A DNA stretch of 64,000 bases from Isurus oxyrinchus. Lineage: Eukaryota. Position numbers and translations under genes: made by a program. A model generated the notes under the pieces. The model saw only the letters and a program-made list of their open reading frames with translations. It made no database searches and was not told the DNA's origin. Every line of letters starts with the position of its first letter. Position 1 is the first letter of the stretch. Below are positions 50,701 through 62,399 of the stretch, piece by piece. Location: positions 97,030,001-97,094,000 of the forward strand of contig JANJGN010000007.1 in assembly GCA_026770705.1 (NCBI GenBank), in the 5' to 3' direction.

Positions 50701-53627
50701 TCTGCTATGTGCTATGATTAGCTAATTGCAACAGAACAGTTTCAACAATAGCTAGCTTGCCTCACAGTTAAATTGTTAAGCATGACTGTGTATGCTGCTT
50801 TTAAAGATATAACGGGCTGTTCACGTTCCCCAGGAGTGCTTCATTTTCAAAAACAGAAACTACTGATTTATGGAATATGGCTTTCTACTGGTGTAAATCG
50901 AGGCTCGAATTTCTAAAATGGAGCGGGATATTCTAAGATCCCCCATCTACCCAAGGAGAGGGACACGCAGCATTTGCTTTCTCACAAAATAACCATGTCT
51001 TTGTCCGCTGTTTTACACCTTCAGGGTAATTGGGACTGGATTTTCCGATAAATTCCTCGTTGTCTGTATGACATTTGAGGAATTCCCTTCCTAATTTCAA
51101 GATATGTGGAGACCAGACAATTCCTTAAAAAATGTGATATCGGGATTTTATCAATAATTATGTAAGTTTACCGGATGCGCCTTTCTTGTATGCTGAATTG
51201 ATTAATTTGAAACTTTATTCATTAGCAGGAGCACAGGTCAAAGATGGAAGGTGCAAATATCCTGAACAAGAGGTATGCTTCCACCATTTACTTAATGTAT
51301 AAACATGTGCGTAGCTATATTAATGCAACAATTGCCATGTTTTATCCAACTGCTCTAAAAATGTATCATTAACAGCGCTGGTTGAAATCAGCGGCCAAGC
51401 AACAGGCACATGATATAAAATAATATCAATAGTCAGATGCAGCTTAATTGTAACTGCAATGTTCTGGTCGTTAACGCAGTAATTAAAATCTCGTGCAAAG
51501 CAGGAAGAAAATCAATGGCAGTACACTATATATCGTCAATTAACTGACTCTGGAATGGATGCATAACATTAAAATCAACTCCGGCCATTGCAGATGTCAA
51601 CTTGAATTCAATTTTCAAAATCTATCAATTGTTTCTGTAAATGTGACCATTAGGCTTTCGTATTTCCTCAAAGGATTAAGGAAATAAACCGGCCGTCATT
51701 AAAAAACCTGGCATGTCTACAGAACATTTCCAGACCTTATGTTTCGCTTCATAAAGTCCACTTGAAATTAATTTACAAGCCCAGCACAGCCCTTTCATTC
51801 AAGCAGGAATGGGCAATAGGAGCGACCATTTTTCCAGCAATGCCCATAGAACCAGCAATAATATACCATTCTTAATGTCGCAAGCTAGTTACACCAGTAG
51901 TGTGGTTTGTTGGTGCAGAATATAAAAAACTATGGTGATGGAAACATGAATGGATTTGCCACGATGTTATGAACATCTGGAGACACATTGCACAAAATCG
52001 CTGCCTGCTTAATTGGCTCATTTCTCAAATCATGTTATCAAAATAGCAAATTCTGATGAATTAAACGTTTTGGGTCCAACTCCTAGAGGGAAATTTCTTA
52101 CTTCTATCCACGGGCTGCGAGGCCAAGCAGGCACAGAACAGATTATTGGAAAGTTGAGGATTATTGGTTCACCGTTCTGCATATCTTGAAAATGATAGAC
52201 AGTTATCTCTAGGCATTCCCTCGTGGTTTCCCAATATCTACGCCCTATTGCACGAGATTAACATTCCTGTGAATACAAGAGAAAAAATAATCGAGCACTA
52301 GGAGTGTTATGCTGTTCAAAGCTCACAACTTTCTTTTAATACAGAAATATAACATGCAGTTCTGCAACCAACAGAGGCTTGGGGATGGTGGAGGGTTGGA
52401 ATTGAAATTGATTGGTGAGTCGGAAGTGTTTAATAGTATATTCCTTTTCAAAACAAGGCTTTGCAGCATACCAGTAAAGATGTTTGCATGTCATGGTGAG
52501 ACAACATCTGCAGTCGTCTATGTGTTGTGTCCCATTTGCCTATGGAAGGGCATGATTGAAATAGATGGATTGCAAGGAATGTGTAACTCTTTCGAGTACA
52601 AACCCATTTCCATCTGTTTCAGATGAAGTTACATAATTTGCCATTGTGAGATTTGAACTCTTGATCTTGGGGTTACAAACCCAGTACCATAACCACTTGG
52701 CAATTTAGGCCAAGCTGCAAGGAATGTGTACTTGCCTGGTTCCATTAATGAATATATATTTTTATTAGGCTGGGTTGTGTAGGCCAGACCTATAATCTCC
52801 GGTTTTGAGCAGTGGGATTGTTGATCCATTTACAACATGCATGGTCCCTCAGCGACATGACAGTTTTGAAACTAAGGAATGTCTCTCTTGTTTGTCCTCA
52901 CTTAGAATAAGTCTTCGAATTCTCAGGATATGAGTCGCTTATTTAGAACTGGGAGTAGGTGAAACTTCTTCATTCAAATGGTTTTGAATGGTTTGCGTCC
53001 TCTGTCTCATAAAGCTGTCGTTTCTCAATTCTTGACTTTACTCAAGACTATGCCGAAGGCTTTTGGGGAACAAAAGCAGTCAAGAGATAGGGAAATCGTG
53101 TAAGAATTTTCCTTTTAATATTTGTTAATATATTTGAATCAATGCAGAAAACAACCAATGTGATGTCACCTTATGCTGCACTTGATATGAAAAAATTACC
53201 GAAGGCTCCAAGAACAAAACACGAAGAAAGCACCGTTTATGCACAGGTAGGGGTGAGATGCAGAATACAGAGACACGACGTTATTGTGATTAACGGGTTA
53301 TGACATTTAATGCATGAAATATCTTAAATGCTAATTTGGGAATATTTTGTTTTCGCACTAAGTCTGTGAGGTCCTTTCAATTCCAAAGTTCTGCCTAACA
53401 TTAGCCTCCCAGCAAATAATACATCGAACTAGTGATATTCCCAAATATTGTTTTCGCAGACCAAGACAAGACCACTTAATATTAAAGTGACCTACGTTGC
53501 TCCTGAAATCGCAGGCTCAAAGAATACAGAAACTGCTCATTACAAAGTTAAGAATAAAGAGTACGCTCAGATTCGGATGGAAAAACAAAGAACAAACGTT
53601 CTGAAAACGCAACAACAGGAAAAATAA
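41720..53627 (+). CDS. SIRP-like IgSF receptor (copy 2): leader-VJ-C1-TM-tail with Tyr motifs; 7 coding exons, 374 aa
   Basis: Exons 41720-41789, 41956-42276, 43517-43828, 50530-50640, 51229-51272, 53148-53246 and 53460-53627 all have GT-AG boundaries and compatible phases (1,1,1,1,0,0). They total 1125 nt in one open frame ending in TAA. The domain motifs are clear, and exons 4-7 have homologs at 4199-7295. Confidence 0.88.
41956..42276 (+). CDS. Exon 2, Ig V-set domain with J-like C-terminal strand
   Basis: Acceptor tttcattccctgcag and donor G|gtaggt; 321 nt. Motifs: VIQLP..V....GANVSFHC, LLWWK, LQILNVTAQDAGVYYC, GNGTGSKLLV. Confidence 0.95.
42391..42560 (-). mobile_element. tRNA-derived SINE 3' part in copy 2 intron 2
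   Basis: The reverse strand has cctggtctggcctata...aatgtggtg..ctccta..gggcatttaaggatgggcagcatccttgccagtgacc and an A-rich tail. Confidence 0.7.
43517..43828 (+). CDS. Exon 3, Ig C1-set domain
   Basis: Acceptor tttgttttcctag and donor G|gtaagg; 312 nt. C1 motifs: VRCSTSPFFPANISFIWYRDG, GLYQASSWL, YTCLVKHSAL. Confidence 0.95.
48255..50305 (+). mobile_element. CR1 LINE inserted in copy 2 intron 3, absent from the homologous copy 1 site (about 4009)
   Basis: RT motifs (KSPGTDG, gtggatgtcgtctacatagattttagaaaggcatttg, tttgcagatgacac) and a ttctatgattctat tail. The flanks rejoin to match copy 1 at 3990-4040. Confidence 0.88.
50530..50640 (+). CDS. Exon 4, transmembrane (DGAITQYLLIATAAGGGLALLVLALIIMRRCISKHRK)
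   Basis: Acceptor atcctgcag, donor G|gtaaga; 111 nt, phase 1-1. About 22 uncharged hydrophobic residues followed by a basic stop-transfer cluster. Confidence 0.9.
51229..51272 (+). CDS. Exon 5, cytoplasmic (GAQVKDGRCKYPEQE)
   Basis: Acceptor tttattcattagcag, donor GAG|gtatgc; 44 nt, the same length as its homolog at 4893-4936. Confidence 0.8.
52630..52705 (-). mobile_element. SINE tRNA-like head fragment
   Basis: Reverse strand ccaagtggttatggtactgggtttgtaaccccaagatcaagagttcaaatctcacaatggc. Confidence 0.55.
53148..53246 (+). CDS. Exon 6, cytoplasmic, with ITIM SPYAAL and TVYAQ
   Basis: Acceptor aatgcag, donor CAG|gtaggg; 99 nt. KTTNVMSPYAALDMKKLPKAPRTKHEESTVYAQ. Confidence 0.85.
53460..53627 (+). 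CDS. Exon 7, terminal cytoplasmic exon with degenerate motifs VTYVAP and KEYAQI
   Basis: Acceptor ttgttttcgcag; 55 codons then TAA at 53625-53627; homolog at 7164-7295. Confidence 0.85.
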   Translation, partial: TKTRPLNIKVTYVAPEIAGSKNTETAHYKVKNKEYAQIRMEKQRTNVLKTQQQEK

Positions 53628-53686
53628 TATTGTCATTCAACATATTAGCCTCATTTATTGATACAAGTTGAAAATTTGAACCAGAC

Positions 53687-53692
53687 AATAAA
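53687..53692 (+). promoter_or_regulatory. Candidate proximal polyadenylation signal AATAAA; distal candidates near 54745 are conserved with copy 1 at about 10100
   Basis: AATAAA 60 nt after the stop codon; an AATAAA cluster sits in the 3' block conserved between paralogs. Confidence 0.35.
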
Positions 53693-55189
53693 TCTCCCAC
53701 AAAATGCCCCCCACAACGATTATAACATATGATTAGCTACATTCTGCAGTTGTTTAGGACCCAGGGCATCGGGGAAATTTCACTGTTCTACTATAAATGT
53801 CACGGGACCATTTACTATGATAGGCCAATCGAAAACTCGAAGAGTAGAGCATTAGAACTCAGCCAAAGAGGAAGCGGAGTAGCGGAGGAGGGATGGGGGT
53901 GACATTGGTGTAGGGTTGGGGGAGGGGGGTGGGTTTCGCGGGGCATGGGGGATTGTGACACTGCAGGAAGAGATAAAACACATCTGAATTAGAACAAAAA
54001 CACACTTTTGTGTTTAATGCTACATGAAAGCATTTATCAGCGGAGGTAACACGAATGTAAAGCAATTAATTAGCCCATAGCAAATATAGCTACACATGGA
54101 AAAACGTTCCCCTTAATATAGGCACATGGAGTGCATTCTTACTCAGTGGCTGGAATAAATCCTCGACGGGGACTACCGAGTCAATACTGCTTGGCCTATT
54201 GTATATGGTTCTGGGTGATCTTATGGGAAAATTGGGGTATTCATGCGATACGTTAAAGTGAGATCAATTCGACATTACTGGCCCGTTTGTATTTCATATT
54301 GTTATTATCTATCTCGTGGTAATCAATATTCGAATGAATTATGGTTAAAAAAATGTTATTATCAAGAGAAGAGTCAGTGTGATTGAAAATGCCCTTTCCG
54401 TTTCACATTTTAATGGTTTGAGTTATTCATAAATCAAATTGTAAGAATGCTATGATAAAATGAACGTGAATCAAATGCCATCCTGCCAGCTCTTCACTTC
54501 GCAACTGCTGCTTGTTGAAAGTTATACATTTTTGTGAGCATAAAAATCAAATGCCCTGCTTTGTTTGCAGAATTATGAACTGCTCGCAGCTCTGTGATAT
54601 GTGTTTTGCTTTATAAACCAGAAATCAAGTTCGCATCTGATATCCAACAAACCCTGTGGTCAGTTAGCACTAGCAAGATTGCTGAATCGAGGTTTGATTC
54701 ATCTTTCTAAGTTAAAGACATTTAATAAATGATGGAACACAGATAAATAAATAAATAATTTACATCATTATGTTAGCTTCAATTTGAAGGATGTATTTTA
54801 AGTATATTTAGAGAGGTTTCCTGAGCACATTTTTAGGTAACTTTTCTTCTTCCTAAGAAAAAAACAACGCCTGTTAAAACGTGAAAAAAAAACTTTTACC
54901 ATGCCGGCTGTAGAACCTGAGTGGTGTATTGTCAGAGAATGCTAATATAAGTTTCTCTCCATGTCTAAAGGAACAAATCCTAAACTGTAACACCCTGTTG
55001 CTAATGGGAATGAAGCAATGGGCTGCTGTAATGGCACCGAGTCATTGATTGAGATATTATCGAATAATATCATGACAACTCACTCTGTAGCATGAGTAAT
55101 TGGACGTACGTCATGAACCACCAGTATAAATAAAATCCATGTATTGGGGATTTTCAGAAGCTGTGAGTGTATACTAGCAAGTAAATAAT

Positions 55190-57095
55190 AAATGGACAGT
55201 AAGAATTTTAAATACATAGAAAAGGACGAAATGTAAGCAAAAGTGAAAACAGGCCCATTAGAGCATGGGGCTGTGGAAATAATAATAGTGAATGACCATA
55301 AGGCAGAGGCGTTGAATAAAAAAACATTGCTTCAGTCTTCAACGTACAAGATACTATTAACATTCCAATAACATTCCAAAAGTACTGAGTTATTAAGGGG
55401 AAAAGATGGTGGGGGGTTGGCGAGGGGAGACATAGAAACAATATCCATCATTAAAGAAAGCAGAACACTCGAGAGACTAATGGGGCTAACGATCAACGCA
55501 TCTCCTGGACCAGATCGACTGCATCCTAGTTTGTTAAAGGCAGTAGCTACCGATATAGCTGATGCGCTAGTAAAAGTCTTGCAAGAATACTTGGACTCTG
55601 GAAAAGCCTCAAAGGATTGGAGACTGGCCAATGTTTCACACTTATTGAACAAGGGTAAGAGGCAGACAGCAGATAATTATATTTCAGTTATCTTAAAGGC
55701 CCAGTTATCTTATCATCTGTCATTGGGGAAAAGATGGATTCTACAATAAAGAATGTAACATTAGAGCATTTGGAAATACATAATAAAATCAAACAGATTC
55801 AGCATGACTTCACGAAGGGGAAATAGTGCCTAACAAATGTTTTAGAATTCTTTGAGGAGCTGGCAAAAAGGATCGATAAGGGTAACCAGCAGATGTAATA
55901 CATTTGGGTTTCTAAATAACATTCAATGAAGTAAATCCAAAAAGGCTGCTTAATAAGATAAGAGCCAATGCTGTTGGGGTAGCCTATTATCATGGATATA
56001 CGATTGGCTATCTAATAGAAAACAGAGAATTGGGATAATGGGGTGGGCACTTTCGACATGGCATCCTCTAACTAGAGGAGTGCCAAGGGGTCAGTGCTGA
56101 GGCCACAATTATTTACAATATATATTACTGACTAGTGTGAGGGAAGTGAATGTACTGTTACAAACCTTTTGGATGACACAAAAATATGTGGGAAGGCAAG
56201 TGGTGAGGATGACACAATCAGCCGACAAAAAATATTTACAGGTTAACTCAGTGGGCAAATCATCGCATATGGAATATAATGTGGGAAAATGTGAGGTTAT
56301 GCAACTTGGCAGGAATAATGTATAAGCTGAATATTATCTAAACAGAGAAAGACAGAGAAAGGCTGCAACACAGGGGAATTTGTGGTCACTTAGCACGTAT
56401 CCCCAAAAAACTAACATCCAAGTTTAAAGGGTAACAGAGAAAGCAAATGGAATGTTGAATTTACTTCAAAGGGAATGGAATATAAACATAGGGAAGTCAT
56501 GGCAAAATTTTGCAAAGTACTGGTTCGGCAACACCAAGGATACTGTGAACAATTTTGGTTCCTCATCTAAGGAAATATATAAAGGCATTGGAGGCAGTGC
56601 AGAGAATGATCAGCAGGTTGATCACGGGTGTGGTGCCTTTTTCTTATGAGAAGAGGTGGAGTAGGCAAGGTCTGTACACATTTGACTTTAGAAGAATGAA
56701 AGCCGGCCTTATTGAAACATATAAGATTCTTAGGAGGTTTAGGAAGGTTGATGCTCAGATGATGTTTCCCCTTGTCTTATAGTCTAGGACCAGGGTGCAT
56801 CAACTCAGTGTAAGGGATCGCCCACTTAGAACAGAGATGAGGACCAATTTCTTCCCTCAGAGGGCAGCCAATCTGTGAAATTCATTATCGCAGATGGGTG
56901 CAGAGGTTGGGTCGTTATGGACATTCAAGACTGAGAAAGACAGATTTTTAATCAGGAGGGGAATCAAGGCTTATGGGAACACGGAAGGAAAGCGATTTGA
57001 GGATTATCAGATCAGCCAGGATCTCATTGAAAGGCGGAGCAGATTCGATGGGCCGGATGGCCCACTTATGCTCCTATCTCTTATGGTCTTATGGG
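55190..57095 (+). mobile_element. CR1 LINE, 5'-truncated, downstream of copy 2, absent from the homologous copy 1 site
   Basis: ASPGPDRLHPSLLKAVA..IADAL...LDSG...DWRLANV, MEYNVGKCEVM, and a tail ctcttatggtcttatgg. Confidence 0.9.
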
Positions 57096-57792
57096 TAGCC
57101 CCATGATGAGCTCATAAAGCTCATGGCATGGTGCAATATGTTGTTTGATGATTTGCACTTGAAATCGTGCATAATATTACAACACATTGCATGATGCATC
57201 CATAGGGCATTGCCTTCATTTGAAGGCCTTTTAGGAAATATTGTTGATGGAACTCTATTTCCGGCGTAATTAATATTCCAAGCAATTCAGTTAAAGGAAA
57301 GGAGAACAAGTAAGGGCCTCATAATTTCTGATCACAATTTCCTGAGAGTACCGTTCCACATTAAGAGCACTGGAATACATGAATTAACCCTTGCATGTAT
57401 CTCGCTAGAAAACACCACACACAGCACCACTTATATTTTAGGTCTTTGCAGAGCACAGATTTGACTTGACGGCATCACTTCCAAGTTTAGTAAAAGTGTA
57501 GATAAGTGCTAATGAGTGACAGAATTGTGTTTGCACAGAAGCTTTAAAGGCATCAGCAATCACTAGGAGCTTTGAGGACAATAAAGTGCCATCGAAGAAC
57601 AATTGCTGTAATGTAGAAAACAAGGTAGGCCCTGTTCAGGCAGCAAAATATACAAAGAGGAATGAAACAATTTGCTTCAGTAACCTTGGTTAAGAAAAAA
57701 AGGGGGAAGAGAAACTTGAATTTTTGGGATGTACATGATCTCAGTCTACAGCAAGAGTTACTTACAACTAATCAAGGACCTCTGATGTGTAC

Positions 57793-58786
57793 CGAAAACA
57801 GAATTACCTGGAATAACTCAGCAGGTCTGGCAGCATCGGCAGAGAAGAAAAGAGTTGATGTTTCGAGTCCTCATGACCCTTCAACAGAACTGATTTTTCT
57901 TTACAATGAGAGGGGTGAAATATAATCTGGTTTAAGGTGGGGGGGTGTGGGAGAGAAGTGGAGGGGGATGGTGTTGTTTTAGGGACAAGCAAGCAGAGAT
58001 ATGATCAGATCATCAAAAGATGTCACAGACAAAGGAACAAAAGAACACAGAGGTGTTGAAGTTGGTGATATTATCAAAACGAATGTGTTAATTAAGAATG
58101 GATGGTAAGGAACTTAAGCTATAGCTCTAGTGGGGGTGGGTGGGCCATAAAAGATTTAAAAATAATGGAAATAGGTGGGAAAAGAAAAATCTATATAAAT
58201 TATTGAAAAAAACAGAAGGAAGGGGAAGAAACAGAAAGGGGGTGGGGATGGAGGAGGGAGCTCAAGACCTAATGTTATTCAATTCAATATTCAGTCCAGA
58301 AGGCTGTAAAGTGTCTTGTCGAAAGATGAGGTGCTGTTCCTCCAGTTTGCGTTGGGCTTCACTGGAACAATGCAGCAGGCCAAGGATAGACATGTGGGCA
58401 AGACAGCAGGGTGGAGTATTAAAATGGCAAGTGACAGGGACTTTTGGGTCATTCTTGCGGACAGACCGCAGGTGTTCTGCAAAGCGGTCACCCAGTTTAC
58501 GTTTGGTCTGTCCAATGTAGAGAAGACAGCATTGAGAGCAACGAATACAGTAGACTAAGTCGGGGGAAATGCAAGTGAAATGCTGTTTCACTCGAAAGGA
58601 GTGTTTGGGCCCTTGGACGGTGAAGAGAGAGGAAGTGAAGGGGCAGGTGTTACATCTTTTGCGTGGGCATGGGGAGGTGGCAAAGGTGGGGGTTGAGGAG
58701 TAGGGGTTGATGGAGGAGTGGACCAGGGTGTCCCTTGAGGGAACAATCCCTATGGCATGCTGACATGGGGGGTGAAGGGAAGATGT
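57793..58786 (-). mobile_element. Penelope-like retroelement (Neptune-type) 3' part with GIY-YIG endonuclease
   Basis: ORF 58262-58591 FTCISPDLVYCIRCSQCCLLYIGQTKRKLGDRFAEHLRSV...HFN...RKLEEQHLIFR..TLQPSGLN. The terminal segment carries a hammerhead-like motif. Confidence 0.9.
57851..57890 (-). ncRNA. Minimal hammerhead-ribozyme-like motif (variant core) in the Penelope terminal repeat
   Basis: Minus strand: gttCTGTTGAa-gggtc-atgag-gactc-GAAAcatcaactct, with a 5-bp stem II. The core differs from canonical CUGANGA. Confidence 0.4.
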
Positions 58787-58969
58787 TCTTGTTTTTAAGG
58801 TAAATGATCTGATTGTTCTCCGTAGTGATAACTGTCTATATTTATAGTGCTCACGTTTCTTTTAGTATACACCCCACCCCAATACTGTTACCTTAACACC
58901 TTTCCCCCTCCCTACTGCACTATTTTAACGGGACTCACCATGATTCATCAGGAGTGCCTAACGGCTCAG

Positions 58970-59830
58970 CTCAGAAAATCAGAAGATAAATAGGTGCAGC
59001 AGTAGTAAATGCAGGTCCCCGAGCCTGCGCTGGCATTCAATAAGGGCATGCTTGATTTCATTTCAGCCTTAGTGAGGCTTTCTGTTTGCTCCCAATCATT
59101 CATTATAATCCTTGAATCACTTGCACATCAAAAAAATGCTAAGGCAGCGCTAAATATATACAATTACAGAGCCTCAGCCCTCTATTGGGGAAGATAAAGC
59201 AAAAGGGGCTTGAACGTGTCAGGAATTATTATTTCTTATCCCCACATTTAATGCGACAGCCCTTATTTTGAAATTATGCTGCCTGATTCTAGATTCCACC
59301 ATTAGAGGAAACACCCTTTCAGCGTATACCCTGCCACGCCTCCTCAGAAGATTTCATGTTTCAACTCGATACCTTCCTATTTTCCTAAACTCCATAGGGT
59401 ATAGGGCCGACATGCTCAGAATGTCCTTTATATGCAAACCTATTCCTCTCAGCAAGCAACATGGTGAAACTTCTCTGAATTGCTTCCAATAGAAGTAAGG
59501 AAGGAGACCAAATATGTAGCCAGCACTCTAGGGACAATTTCACTTATGCCCTGTACAGTTGTAGCAACGTCCACCAATTTTCATATAACAAAGCCCATGA
59601 ATTAAATACAACATTCCATTAGCTTTCTTATTGTATACTAACCGTTGTAATGCATGGTAAGCCAACCATATGCATTGTTACTGCAACATATTTCCGTTCC
59701 TCACCTTTACATAACATTATGTTTTTCAATTCTTCCCGCTCAAAGTGGACACATTCACATTACCCCATGTGGCATTCAATCTACCACCTTTTCCAATATC
59801 TCAATTTATCAATTTATATCTCTTAACAGA
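58970..59830 (-). mobile_element. Old CR1 LINE 3' fragment
   Basis: CR1-type 3' UTR (aataggtgcagcagtag...cccgagcctgcgctggcattcaataag) followed by decayed RT. Confidence 0.6.
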
Positions 59831-59899
59831 CTATTGCCTTGAAGTTTCTCTTTGACTTAAAATAAATGCCCTCGCGCGTTCACTCGCCCCTCACAATTC

Positions 59900-60392
59900 A
59901 GTTCAACGTCTCCTCCAGATCATCAGTTATAGAATTTGCCAGTACATTGGCTTCAGTGCAGTCCATGTGATGGTCGTATCAAGAGTGAACTGCCTCTTTC
60001 CCTTGTTGTCAGTGCGCCATGAATCAAGTTTCCTTTCTCAAATTCCATAATCAGAACCACGCCCTCAAGTCCTTGATACCATTGCATTGTACTAATTTGC
60101 TCGTGGCTCGTCTACAAATCCACGTTATTATCTGGCCGTTTTCCTTTGAAAATAACGATAATTAAACCCTATCATCCCATGGACGTCTTTCTTAGTCATG
60201 CATAAGCCCTTGATACTCACGTTAAGCACAACAACGGGTTCCTCGACAACCGCTTCAAGTTCTTCTCTAGGCCTGCGGAGATATTCTTAACCCTGGAACC
60301 AGGTAAACAACATAGTCGTCGGGACGCGCGCTCTAAGCTGCATTGAACTGTTTCAATTCTCCGAGCTTTATCATTCCTTGCCACAACCATAT
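59900..60392 (-). mobile_element. CR1 ORF1 SGNH-esterase remnant
   Basis: Reverse strand MVVARNDKARRIETVQCSLERASRRLCCLPGSRVKNISAGLEKNL...EPVVVLNV resembles the CR1 ORF1 GDS..RG...CLPGARV.D motif. Confidence 0.6.
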
Positions 60393-60679
60393 TTCCAAAA
60401 ATTGTTGAATATTTGTCAAGGTGAGTTCAATACAACGAGGACGACAAACGTATAGTTTTACAACGTAATTTCTTGTTCTGAAACGAGCAGTTGCACCATA
60501 AAAAATGTTCGGTGGTAGAACGGATATAAGACACTGTTTTTGGAAATGTCTTCTTTCTGTGGTAACTGCTCTGTTCAGAGCAAAATTTTACATGAGGCAA
60601 CAGTAGGTTTGTTTCCCTCAATGTAACTACATTCCATTTCACCGGCACCGTCCCCACCCCTCACCTGCCGGATGGCCCA

Positions 60680-60970
60680 TTGTTACAAGGTTATGTAAAG
60701 TGTGTTCATCCTCCCTGCAATCTTATTCTCATGGAACGGTTAGAAAAGCATGCAGTATTCTCTTTGCAGAAGAGAAGCTTGAGCAGTAATTTCGTTAGGG
60801 CATCTAAAATCATGAGCAGAGTAGCGCGTAACCCTCTAATGCAAGGGTCGAGCACCAGAGGGCATCGTTCGCAATTGATTGGCAAAATTAGCAAAGACAC
60901 ATGCGCACTGTTTTTTATTGTTTGCTTCAGAGTGCAAGTGGTTCAACTGTGGAATGCACTGTCTGAGACA
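60680..60970 (+). mobile_element. CR1 LINE 3' fragment
   Basis: ERLEKHAVFSLQKR...STRGHR..LIG...RVQVVQLWNAL. Confidence 0.65.
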
Positions 60971-62399
60971 GGTACCCAACGCTTATTGGAAACCTTATCA
61001 AACTTAAGTGCTAACAGCGATTTCATACCTCCCTTCATGAATTGCTTGCCTATCCTATTCTTAAATACCGGCTTTACTATTCTCACTTTAGCAGCACCGT
61101 CTTCCTTCCAAAATACAGATTCAAAGTGTTAATTTTGTATCTCACCCATAACTGCTCTCATCTTCTCTGTCGCTATTGCCCCCACTCCTTTTTAACAAAC
61201 ATTTACTCTTGATATGCCTATGATTAAATTACTTTTTTCATTTCCACTGTCTGTTTCTTTTCGTAATCATGATTTCATTCGTTTGCTTTTATTTTTTTCA
61301 CTTCATTCTGAACCTTTTATATTCAGACTGGCTTAAAATATGTTTATATTTACCTGCCTTTTACCATGAGCACCGTTTTTCTGCAGCATCCCGCTCTTTA
61401 TTATTTTCATGACCCAAAGAACTGTAGATATGTTTGACGCACTTTTCTCACACACAGGAATGCAATACGACTGTACGCACCACCACCTCTTTAAAGTCAG
61501 CCTGTTGTAACGTTTCAGTGTTGAACGCCAATATTTGATTGAAATTAACCAACCCATGTTTTGCTCTCAACTCACTTCACTTGGTCAGTCCCTACTTAAA
61601 CTTTTTTTTTTTGCTCTCGAGTGTTCATTTTTATTTTCCGTCGCCAACCTAGAAATAACCTGTTGACAACCAGTCCCGCATATAAGTTAGAATCGGTCTG
61701 TACGTCGAAACCAGCAGTGGCAGGTCCCATGGAAATTGATAGAGACTTCAGGTTCGTCTTCATTGAGTTGAAGTTGCAGTGCAAATTATGTGGTGCAATC
61801 CCAATGCTCTGCTTCAAGCCGTCACATAAATTGAAGCTGGACTGCTGTTTGCATGAATCCTTACCACCTAAGCCGACTGACAGTGCCACCGACCACCTAA
61901 TATTTTCTAATATGTTTCGTGCGCTGGTGCTGTGGGAAAATGGTGGCCGAGTGATTAAATCACTAGGCTAGCACACTGACGTCAGAAAGTTAAGCTTTGC
62001 GGACGCAGGTTCAAACAGCATCACCAAGGTTAATGCATTCACTTATTTAAACTTAAGTGTAACTTGGAAGGAAAATATGTGTAGCATTTCCGTTTTTTCT
62101 TTTGCCATTCACTAAAGAACGTGGATCGGTTGGAAAATCTGGCAGCATTCTCTGACTGCCTGCTAAGGATGGCTAGCAAGAACGGCAACACTGCAAGGCC
62201 GTCAATTTACTGGACAATGATGATTGTTTTACAAAACCTATAGGAGACGAAGGACGTTAACAGGATTTTTGAAGGTGAGATGCCAAAGTATACGTGCTCA
62301 CATTGACGATCACTTTGAAAGTTGTATTGTTTGCTACGCACAAAAATATGTTTAACCATATGTGTCGCACGTTTAGGCAGCCAAGGACGGACGATATAC

